The position numbers and the translations under genes are program-made. The notes beneath the pieces are model-generated. The model saw only the letters and a list, made by a program, of their open reading frames with translations, was not told the DNA's origin and made no database searches. Shown here one piece after another: positions 44,797-53,033 of a DNA stretch of 64,000 nucleotides (within the stretch, counting starts at the first letter, position 1; every line of letters starts with the position of its first letter). This DNA is from Nitrosomonas sp. (GTDB lineage: Bacteria > Pseudomonadota > Gammaproteobacteria > Burkholderiales > Nitrosomonadaceae): contig SSFW01000048.1 in the NCBI GenBank assembly GCA_008015595.1, positions 363 to 64,362 of the forward strand, read 5' to 3'.

Positions 44797-45396
44797 ATGA
44801 TGCGTAGCATGCAATTTATCAAAACAATTTTATATTTGTTCGTCGGATATTTTTTGTTTTCAATGAATGCATATTTACAAGCAGATGATCGAGTTGATGA
44901 TCAAGTTCGATTCTCAACAGAAAGTAATTTACTAACGATTCCCCTGGCTATTATTAATCAACACCAAATTGTTTTTAATGCCGAAATGCAACTACTATCA
45001 AATGGTAATTTCGTGCTTACAAAATATAGTGAACAGCCGCCAGTACAAATTAATCTTGATGAGCCTTTTATACTAGAAATGGATAAGATGGTATGGTTTA
45101 AGAGTACAGATTTCCGGTTAAAACTAGTTGCGGTAACTGAAGATTCGCGTTGTCCAATCGAGGCTGACTGTATTCAGGCAGGAGCAGTTAGCGTTGTGTT
45201 AGCCATATATCAAGGAGTTGATCATCTCTTTGATTATCTATTATTAATTGATCCTGCGAATGTGAATGATGCTTATCGGGATATCGGCAACTTTCGTATC
45301 AAGCTTTTGAAGGTTGATCCAATCCCATCTTTAGTAAAATCTTCTAAGTCGGCAGATTATAGAGCAACCTTCGTGATCAATTCTCTAGTGAATTAG
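44797..45396 (+). CDS. Secreted hypothetical protein with DSRCP-x4-CIQAG motif
   Basis: AAGGAG RBS before ATG 44797/44800; signal peptide; conserved-looking Cys pair. Confidence 0.72.
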   Translation: MMRSMQFIKTILYLFVGYFLFSMNAYLQADDRVDDQVRFSTESNLLTIPLAIINQHQIVFNAEMQLLSNGNFVLTKYSEQPPVQINLDEPFILEMDKMVWFKSTDFRLKLVAVTEDSRCPIEADCIQAGAVSVVLAIYQGVDHLFDYLLLIDPANVNDAYRDIGNFRIKLLKVDPIPSLVKSSKSADYRATFVINSLVN

Positions 45397-45979
45397 CAAA
45401 AAGTGTGAGGGATCGTCTCCGCATCATAATCAGGCTGATCATCATGATACAGATCAATCCCATTACAGCAGGAAATAACAATGTCGTAACGGAATAATGT
45501 TCTAGTGCAAGTATCACCAGAACATTTCGTAACATAAATAATGTGAAAAATAGGAGTGATTCGGAATATGGGAAAGAGTAGGCCTTACGGACCGTTGGAC
45601 CTAATCCAATCGCATCAATAGTCGTGAGCAATACTACTGCCCATAGAGAATCTGCTGTGAAATACCAAATCGGCAGCGACAGTAAGGCAGCAATGAAGAA
45701 CCACCAATCAGTGCGAGTGATGGTCACATCGGTGCGCTTTAAGAAAGCAAGATAAGCAATAAAAATGGTCATACTGGCAGAGACACCAATTGGCCAAGCA
45801 CCTACTCCGCTATGACTTTCAATTTGCGCGAGAAAAATCAGCAATGTTGTGATACCCCAAATGATCCATGAAAAAATATGTGGTTTGACATCACCGTTGA
45901 GAATGTCACGGATGTAGGGAATAAAAGCGGTGAGAGTCAGCACGATAGCGATCATGCTGAAGGTTTCCTTGTAGTACAT
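45377..45979 (-). CDS. Hypothetical integral membrane protein (6-7 TM)
   Basis: PYIRDI..G..KPH.FSW and PTVRKAY..PYSES internal repeat; highly hydrophobic. Confidence 0.75.
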   Translation of the reverse strand: MYYKETFSMIAIVLTLTAFIPYIRDILNGDVKPHIFSWIIWGITTLLIFLAQIESHSGVGAWPIGVSASMTIFIAYLAFLKRTDVTITRTDWWFFIAALLSLPIWYFTADSLWAVVLLTTIDAIGLGPTVRKAYSFPYSESLLFFTLFMLRNVLVILALEHYSVTTLLFPAVMGLICIMMISLIMMRRRSLTLFANSLEN

Positions 45980-46047
45980 AGCCTTTAAATTGCTCTAAAT
46001 AATAAAAATTGGATAGGAGTGAATTGTTTGTAATTGGTTCAGCTAGA

Positions 46048-46265
46048 ATGAAAAATTATCTACAGAACTTTGCACGGTTGAAGTTTTGATATGGCAGTTA
46101 AAGTGATAAATTGGTGGCACACATAGCGAATTTGAATTTTTATATGGCCTGATTTTATGCTGGTTCAAGGCCAAAACATTGCGTTACTAGAGTCTAGCTA
46201 AAGCATTTGCCCGATACACGCTAGTCGCTATGGCGTATACTCGAAAAGATAGACTGGACGTTTTA
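46048..46265 (+). pseudogene. Possible decayed fragment of a type III restriction (Res)-like PD-(D/E)xK nuclease domain
   Basis: Broken frames read NFARL..D...INWWH, IWPDFMLV..NIALLES, KHLPDT, with several stops and shifts. Confidence 0.35.
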
Positions 46266-46433
46266 GCGAATGCCAAGTGGTGTACCAAGAATGAGATTAA
46301 AAAATCAATCGCAGAATTTAGGTCTGATATGCTATTTGCTTTGCAGCGCATTTGTTATATCTTATAAAAAGTGGATATATTTTCCCCCATCTGCTGGTAA
46401 AGCTTGCAAAATTCATTCTAAAGGAGTGCGATC

Positions 46434-46805
46434 ATGAATATCTTAGATCCTCATTTAAGTTATGACAAAGGATCAACTAGTACAGACCTCACTATCAGTT
46501 TCAGAATCCAGTGGAATGAGGATGAATTAGATCTAAGGGGACGATACATGTGTAAAGTAATTCTTTACGATGCTGATCCGGGAAGCGATGATGAAATACT
46601 TACGCATCACTTAGATCATATCGAATGTGATGGGCATACTCGAGAAATATCAATTAGCCATACATTCAATGTTTTAAATGATACTCTGAATGTGGATGGT
46701 CGAGGCCATGGAAGAGGAACATTGAAAGACGAGATATATGCAAAAATATACATTACAGCAAATGTAGGCATTGCGACGACAAACCAAATATCAACTCAGT
46801 TTTAG
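46434..46805 (+). CDS. Hypothetical beta-rich acidic protein
   Basis: Strong AAGGAG RBS; 123 aa; LYDADPGSDDEI and DEIYAK motifs. Confidence 0.72.
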   Translation: MNILDPHLSYDKGSTSTDLTISFRIQWNEDELDLRGRYMCKVILYDADPGSDDEILTHHLDHIECDGHTREISISHTFNVLNDTLNVDGRGHGRGTLKDEIYAKIYITANVGIATTNQISTQF

Positions 46806-46847
46806 TTTGGTTTCTAAATCAAGCGAACAATTTGAGTAAAAACTGGA

Positions 46848-47228
46848 TCAGTCATTATTTCCTTCGGCTATTCTATTGGGAAATGAGATTTCTAGCACAA
46901 CGCACCCAATATCGGTTTTGAAAGGACCATGAAGTTCCCCGGGAGGACGGCTTGCATAATCTCCCGCTTCAAGCCAGCGACCAAAAGCTTGATCATATAA
47001 CCGGCCACTGACGATAAATATTTCCTCAGGATAGGGATGTGTTTTTCCTCCCAGAGCCCCTGTATCAGCGCCAGGGAGAAAGCGAGTGAGTCGAGTGTAT
47101 TCGCCCGTAGTAGAATCTATACTAAGCGTAATTTCTTCGGCGATTCCCTCTAGCCCTTTGATGACGTTCCATTGGCTACGATGCTCAGAAATCAGGGGAT
47201 TCCAATAAGTCGTGGTCGATTTTGTCAT
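46848..47228 (-). CDS. Cupin (ChrR-like cupin_7) protein
   Basis: TRLTRFLPG, H.YPEEIFIVSGRL, RPPGELHGPF. Start at MTKSTT (47228), 5 nt after the upstream stop. Confidence 0.85.
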   Translation of the reverse strand: MTKSTTTYWNPLISEHRSQWNVIKGLEGIAEEITLSIDSTTGEYTRLTRFLPGADTGALGGKTHPYPEEIFIVSGRLYDQAFGRWLEAGDYASRPPGELHGPFKTDIGCVVLEISFPNRIAEGNND

Positions 47229-47233
47229 GGCTT

Positions 47234-47872
47234 TTATTCCCAAATTACCATCTTGAAACGCTCTTTTACGATTCCAAAGTAATTGCATTTCCAGTCGCTT
47301 TGCGCGAAAAAATCTAAGTGGTGCCACTGATCTTTCTGTCTCAGAATATTAGCGGCAGCATCATCCCAATCGATTGCTGCAAATTTGACTTCTAATAACT
47401 GTTTACGGGCAGCTACTTCATCGTATTCAAAGCCATCATATTCCCAATGCAGAACTTCAAAGACATTGCCAGAGCGATCAACGTAATCCATGCTGAAATC
47501 GAGTCCCCATTTCGGTCGGATACGGATAATTTTATAAATGAGTGGATTAGTGTGCGCCCACTGCTGTAATTGGCGTAACGCTTCACCGGCATAACCTTTA
47601 CGTTCAAAGAGTAGGCTATGATTGAGTACTGCACCTTCGATTCGATCGGGTTGTATAAACCAGGGTGCTTTTAACGCACGGTGATGTTCGCGGTGGGGTT
47701 TGGCAGGTGCGGAGTTGATTATCGCGTAGTGCTGTTCTAAATCCGTTAGATCGTAGCCATTTTGATCGAATAATGCCAAATCTTGAGCGGCCGGTACTGA
47801 CACGCTTTGGAGAGGTTTTTCCCAGAAACCATTAGGATCAAATTGATGATGGGTTAAACTGACGTAGCTCAT
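47234..47872 (-). CDS. Conserved-looking hypothetical protein
   Basis: 212-aa ORF rich in W/D/H; FDQNGYDL, NHSLLFERKGY and KWGLDFSMDY motifs. Confidence 0.8.
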   Translation of the reverse strand: MSYVSLTHHQFDPNGFWEKPLQSVSVPAAQDLALFDQNGYDLTDLEQHYAIINSAPAKPHREHHRALKAPWFIQPDRIEGAVLNHSLLFERKGYAGEALRQLQQWAHTNPLIYKIIRIRPKWGLDFSMDYVDRSGNVFEVLHWEYDGFEYDEVAARKQLLEVKFAAIDWDDAAANILRQKDQWHHLDFFAQSDWKCNYFGIVKERFKMVIWE

Positions 47873-47933
47873 GAAATACTAAATTTACTCATTGATTATT
47901 GATAAAGTTAATCATAAATAGAAAAAGGCGCTA

Positions 47934-48257
47934 CTAAGCGCTGGGGGATCGGCCATATAATTTCCGTAGTTCTTCTTTAGCACTTTCCAATATTTCCCGC
48001 TGCGTTACCGGTAAATGAGTTCCTGCTCGGTTGATATAAAAATTGAGTATGAACATCGCTGAAGCAAATGGATTTGTTTTGCGCCGCTGACTATTATCAG
48101 CAGAACATTTTAGTGATAACGCGATTTTGTGTGGGTCTTTCCAGGTAAATACACCGAGTTCAAGATCTAATGCATTACTTGATTCGGTGGCATGTTGTGA
48201 CCAGTATTCGCGTTGCCTGGGTGATATTGGCTTTTGGTCTTTTAGAGGTTTATTCAT
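47934..48257 (-). CDS. DUF3175-family protein
   Basis: WSQ..TE.SNALDLE.GVF, IALSLK.SA and LNFYINRAG signature. Confidence 0.8.
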   Translation of the reverse strand: MNKPLKDQKPISPRQREYWSQHATESSNALDLELGVFTWKDPHKIALSLKCSADNSQRRKTNPFASAMFILNFYINRAGTHLPVTQREILESAKEELRKLYGRSPSA

Positions 48258-48327
48258 ATTTTCAAATACGAACTCGACGAATTTAAGCGATGGTTCTATT
48301 GATTAAAAAAAGTAAGACTTTCCGTAA

Positions 48328-49239
48328 TTAAGCCTGGGATGTTTCATAGTGAATTTTAGTGGAAAGTAGACTAGCTATTACGACCATCAATCCACCGATC
48401 CATTCCTTAGCACTTAACTGCTCATCAGCAAGGTAATAAGCTGCGATTGCGGCGATAAACAATTCAAGCAGCAAAATAACAATTGCTTGATTAGCGGGAA
48501 CATGGGTTAATCCATACTGTAGCAAAATACTGAGCAAGAAGATGGTTATGCCTAACCCCAGTAGGATCAACCCCGTTTCGTTACCAATTTGATCAAGATT
48601 GGGTAGCGTTCCTGTCATGCCCGTGAGCATGAAGCTCAGTAAGAAGACTCCTAGCCATATTGCCAGGGATTTTTGTTCAATCGTATGGTGTTGATCTTTG
48701 CGGATGAGCACATTGTTGAGTGCAAACATGATACCGCCTGATAGACCCATCCAGTCACTGAATTGAGTAGGGAATGGAAAATCATTATTCGATTGCCAAA
48801 GTATCGTCATAGCACCGCTCAGGGAAAGGACAATGACCCAATAACCCGATAAACCGAGTCGCTCATTTAAGAGTAATCGCGCAAAAAAAATTGTCCAGAA
48901 CGGGGCTAAATAAAACAATAGTAATACTCTTACAATTTCGCCATGAATCACACCAAGTGTATAAGCGATACTAGTCCATCCGGCAGTAATGCCAATCCAT
49001 ATCAACCAATGATTTTCAGATGAGGCCGTGTTGTGTTGGATCGATAAATTTTTACGAAGAAAAATAATACCCGAGATCAATGCGACTAAATAAGTTAAAG
49101 CAGTTGCAGCTTCACCACTAAATCCTGATTGATTGAGTAAGCGATAGGGATACCAAGCAATACCCCAGCAAGTAGCACCCAATAATAATGCAAGGATAGG
49201 TAGCTTATTATTTTGTTTGGTTAACATGAATCCAGCCAT
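48328..49239 (-). CDS. DMT/EamA-family transporter
   Basis: About 10 TM segments in two EamA repeats; LFYLAPFW..LLNE. Confidence 0.88.
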   Translation of the reverse strand: MAGFMLTKQNNKLPILALLLGATCWGIAWYPYRLLNQSGFSGEAATALTYLVALISGIIFLRKNLSIQHNTASSENHWLIWIGITAGWTSIAYTLGVIHGEIVRVLLLFYLAPFWTIFFARLLLNERLGLSGYWVIVLSLSGAMTILWQSNNDFPFPTQFSDWMGLSGGIMFALNNVLIRKDQHHTIEQKSLAIWLGVFLLSFMLTGMTGTLPNLDQIGNETGLILLGLGITIFLLSILLQYGLTHVPANQAIVILLLELFIAAIAAYYLADEQLSAKEWIGGLMVVIASLLSTKIHYETSQA

Positions 49240-49371
49240 TTATAATGCGGTTTTATAGTTAATAGTTAAAAAAATTTCACCGCAGTGAAAAATAGAAGTC
49301 ATGTAGCCTGAACAACTAATATTAATCGTTAATGATGGCATAAATTCAAGGTTTTAGAATTCATATCACAA

Positions 49372-50571
49372 ATGAACCCGTTATTGAGAAATCTTCAACC
49401 CTATCCGTTCCAGAAACTGTCCCACTTACTTGAGGGTATTACAGCTAATGCATCTTTGGCGCCGATAAATCTGCATATTGGTGAACCCAAACATGAAACG
49501 CCTGCATTTATTCTCACCGAATTGGCTAAAAATCTCCACGGTGTTGCAAATTATCCTACAACACTGGGTTCAAAATGGCTACGAACCAGCATTGCGACAT
49601 GGCTAGTACAACGTTACCAATTGACAGCAATTGATCCTGAAACTGAGATCATCCCTGTCAATGGCAGCCGTGAAGCGCTATTTGCATTTGCTCAAACTGT
49701 CATTAATAGCAAAACACCTGAACAACCTATCGTAGTTTGTTCTAATCCGTTTTATCAAATCTATGAAGGTGCAGCATTACTTGCTGGCGCGCAACCTTAT
49801 TTTCTCAATGCATCGGTTGAGCAAGATTTTGCGCTGAATTATGAACAGTTACCAGAGGCGATTTGGTCACGTACGCAATTAATTTATGTTTGCTCCCCTA
49901 ATAACCCAACAGGACGGGTGATGACTTTGGACGAGTGGCAACACTTATTCGAATTATCAGATCGCTATGGGTTCGTGATTGCTTCGGATGAATGCTATTC
50001 AGAAATTTATTTCGATGAACACACGCCACCATTAGGTGCGCTACAGGCAGCACAACAATTAGGACGCAACAAGTTTACGCGGTTGGTTGTTTTTTCCAGT
50101 TTATCCAAACGCTCTAATGTTCCTGGTTTACGCTCCGGCTTTGTTGCAGGGGATGCAGCAATTTTGAAAGATTTTTTACTGTATCGGACTTATCATGGGA
50201 GCGCCATGAATCCAGCAGTTCAAGCAGCCAGCACCATTGCCTGGAGCGATGAACAGCACGTGATGGAGAACCGCCGGATTTATCAGGAGAAATTTAAAGA
50301 TGCACTCGCGATTTTAAATGAATGCATGCTGGCAAAGATGCCCGATGCGGGTTTCTATTTATGGATCAAAACGCCTATCAATGATCGGGATTTCACGCAA
50401 AAGTTATATCGCGATTATAATGTAATCGTTTTGCCAGGAAGCTATCTTGGGCGTGAAGCCCATGGATTCAACCCAGGAGAAAATTTTGTTCGTATTGCGC
50501 TCGTTGCTCCATTAGCTGAATGCTCACAAGCGATGCAACGAATAAAAGCATGCATTTCCCAAATTCATTAA
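49372..50571 (+). CDS. dapC: Succinyldiaminopimelate transaminase
   Basis: LQPYPFQKL, GEPKH, GSREALF, ASDECYSE, SLSKRS; upstream of dapD. Confidence 0.94.
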   Translation: MNPLLRNLQPYPFQKLSHLLEGITANASLAPINLHIGEPKHETPAFILTELAKNLHGVANYPTTLGSKWLRTSIATWLVQRYQLTAIDPETEIIPVNGSREALFAFAQTVINSKTPEQPIVVCSNPFYQIYEGAALLAGAQPYFLNASVEQDFALNYEQLPEAIWSRTQLIYVCSPNNPTGRVMTLDEWQHLFELSDRYGFVIASDECYSEIYFDEHTPPLGALQAAQQLGRNKFTRLVVFSSLSKRSNVPGLRSGFVAGDAAILKDFLLYRTYHGSAMNPAVQAASTIAWSDEQHVMENRRIYQEKFKDALAILNECMLAKMPDAGFYLWIKTPINDRDFTQKLYRDYNVIVLPGSYLGREAHGFNPGENFVRIALVAPLAECSQAMQRIKACISQIH

Positions 50572-50598
50572 AATTATTAAATTCATTCAAGGAATAAC

Positions 50599-51420
50599 AT
50601 GGAACAGTTGCAAGCAACGATTGAAGCAGCGTTTGAACGGCGTGCCGAATTAACACCCCGTAATGTGGAGGCAGGTCTGAAAGAATCAATCGCTCAAGTC
50701 ATTCATTTACTCGATGCAGGTAAATTACGAGTTGCAGAAAAGATTAGTGGTGAATGGGTAACGTACCAATGGATCAAGAAAGCGGTGCTCCTATCTTTCA
50801 GGATTGAGGATAATAATTTTATTAAAGGGGGATTCTCGAATTATTTTGATAAGGTTCCCTCAAAATTTGCTGATTATAGTTCCCGTGATTTTCGCGATGG
50901 TGGGTTTCGTGTCGTTCCTCCTGCAGCTGTTCGGAAAGGTGCTTTTATTGCGAATAATGTGGTGTTGATGCCTTCTTATGTCAATATAGGTGCTTATGTC
51001 GATGAAGGAACGATGGTTGATACTTGGGCGACAGTAGGGTCTTGTGCCCAAATTGGTAAGAATGTTCATTTATCGGGAGGCGTTGGGATTGGCGGAGTAC
51101 TTGAACCGGTGCAAGCAAATCCTACGATTATTGAAGATAACTGCTTTATTGGTGCCCGTTCTGAAATTGTCGAAGGCGTTATTGTTGGCGAGAACTCAGT
51201 GATTTCAATGGGGGTTTATATTGGACAAAGTACCAAAATCTATGACCGGGAAACGGGGCAAGTTAGCTATGGGCGTATTCCACCTGGATCAGTCGTCGTG
51301 TCAGGAAGTTTACCTTCAGAGAATAAGCAATATAGCCTCTATTGTGCGGTCATTGTAAAACAAGTCGATGCCAAGACTCGCTCTAAGACTGGGATTAATG
51401 AGCTACTACGTGGAATTTAA
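50599..51420 (+). CDS. dapD: Tetrahydrodipicolinate N-succinyltransferase
   Basis: [29 protein letters not shown]. Confidence 0.97.
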   Translation: MEQLQATIEAAFERRAELTPRNVEAGLKESIAQVIHLLDAGKLRVAEKISGEWVTYQWIKKAVLLSFRIEDNNFIKGGFSNYFDKVPSKFADYSSRDFRDGGFRVVPPAAVRKGAFIANNVVLMPSYVNIGAYVDEGTMVDTWATVGSCAQIGKNVHLSGGVGIGGVLEPVQANPTIIEDNCFIGARSEIVEGVIVGENSVISMGVYIGQSTKIYDRETGQVSYGRIPPGSVVVSGSLPSENKQYSLYCAVIVKQVDAKTRSKTGINELLRGI

Positions 51421-51501
51421 CGACTCGTCGGACTTTTACCTAACGTTAGCGAGTAACAGAATGTTTTGAGCAATCGATTTTCAATTACTGGATGATTAGA
51501 A

Positions 51502-52719
51502 ATGCGTGTCGTTGTGACTGGAATGGGAGTTATTGCTCCGATCGGGACAGGAGTTGAACAATTTTGGAATGCCGCAGTAAATGGAATCTGTGGGATACGC
51601 AAAATTAGTAGCTTTGATGCATCGGGCCAACGTTCCCAAATTGCCGGTGAAATCATTGGGTTTGACCCTGCTTCCGTGATGTCAGCTAAACAAATTGAAC
51701 AATCTGATCGATTTACACAGCTAGCGCTATGCGCCGCTAATTTTGCGCTTAAAGATGCGGGAGATCTCGATGGTTATTTACCTCAGCGCGTAGCAGTGAG
51801 CTTAGGTTCGGGGATGGGTGGGTTTTCAACGTTTGAATCTTCAGCGACACGAAAATTTCAGAAAAAATCATTACCCCCTTTTACGGTTCCACGGATCATG
51901 GCCAATTCTGCAGCAGCCTGGATTGCGAGCAAGTACGGATTTAAAGGTGTCAACCTGACGACGAGTACAGCGTGTTCATCAGGCGGTAATGCGATTGGGG
52001 TAGGGCTTGAATTAATTCGCTCCGGAAAAGCCGATGTTGTTATCGCAGGAGGCGCTGAAGCATGCGTATTACCTTTGACGATGTCTGGTTTTGAGGTGTT
52101 ATTTGCGTTGTCTACTGGATTTAATAATACCCCAGAACAGGCATCAAGACCTTTTGACAAAGGTCGGGATGGTTTTGTAATTGGTGAAGGCGCAGGTATC
52201 GTTGTTCTAGAAAGAGAAGAACATGCCAAACAACGTGGAGCCTTAATTCATGCATATCTATCCGGTTATGGTTGTACTTGCGATGCAGCACATATCGTGG
52301 CGCCGGAAATGGAAGGTCAAGTTGCTGCGATGCAAGCAGCCATACAAGATGCACAGATCCAACCTGAAGCGGTTGATTATATTAATGCGCATGCAACTTC
52401 TACACCACTCGGCGATATCGTAGAGACTAAAGCTATTAAACAGTGCTTTGGATCCCATGCGCAGAAATTATCCATTAGTGCGACTAAATCAATGATTGGA
52501 CACTCTATCGGTGCGTCGGCAGCAATTGGGAGCATTGCCACGATCATGGCGCTAAAAACTGGCACTATTCATCCCACGATCAATTTAGTGGCGCCCGATC
52601 CAGAATGCGATCTTGACTATACAGCCAATCACGCGGTTAGAAAGCCGATCCAGGTTGGGTTATGTAACGCTTTTGGCTTTGGTGGTAATAATTCCACACT
52701 TGTTTTTACAATAAATTAA
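51502..52719 (+). CDS. Beta-ketoacyl-ACP synthase (FabF-like paralog)
   Basis: RVVVTG; Cys-His-His triad in TACSSG, NAHATST and GHSIGA; FGFGG. Confidence 0.92.
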   Translation: MRVVVTGMGVIAPIGTGVEQFWNAAVNGICGIRKISSFDASGQRSQIAGEIIGFDPASVMSAKQIEQSDRFTQLALCAANFALKDAGDLDGYLPQRVAVSLGSGMGGFSTFESSATRKFQKKSLPPFTVPRIMANSAAAWIASKYGFKGVNLTTSTACSSGGNAIGVGLELIRSGKADVVIAGGAEACVLPLTMSGFEVLFALSTGFNNTPEQASRPFDKGRDGFVIGEGAGIVVLEREEHAKQRGALIHAYLSGYGCTCDAAHIVAPEMEGQVAAMQAAIQDAQIQPEAVDYINAHATSTPLGDIVETKAIKQCFGSHAQKLSISATKSMIGHSIGASAAIGSIATIMALKTGTIHPTINLVAPDPECDLDYTANHAVRKPIQVGLCNAFGFGGNNSTLVFTIN

Positions 52720-52737
52720 ATCATAGGAATACATCAT

Positions 52738-52992
52738 ATGGCTACAGCAGATATCGAAGCAAAAGTCATTCAGTTCATTGCTTCTAAAGTTGAGAATGTC
52801 GATGCTTCAGCGGTTACAGCAGCATCACAATTTAAAGATTTAGGTTTGGACTCAATGGATACAGTTCAGCTATTATTTGATGCGGAAGAAGAATTTGGTG
52901 TTACATTTGATGGCGATGAAGTGAAGAATCTCCGAACAGTAGGGGATATTATCGATTATATTAACAGCCATCCTCCAGCAGCACCTCAATAA
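52738..52992 (+). CDS. Acyl carrier protein (paralog)
   Basis: DLGLDSMD phosphopantetheine site, EEEFG, TVGD. Confidence 0.92.
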   Translation: MATADIEAKVIQFIASKVENVDASAVTAASQFKDLGLDSMDTVQLLFDAEEEFGVTFDGDEVKNLRTVGDIIDYINSHPPAAPQ

Positions 52993-53033
52993 AGCTGAGC
53001 GGGTTGATTGCTAAACATGGTTTAGTAAATGAT

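Noticed and set aside
46230-46367. 45-codon ORF MAYTRKDRLDV...
   Set aside because: No RBS or motif; better explained as chance or as part of decayed sequence.
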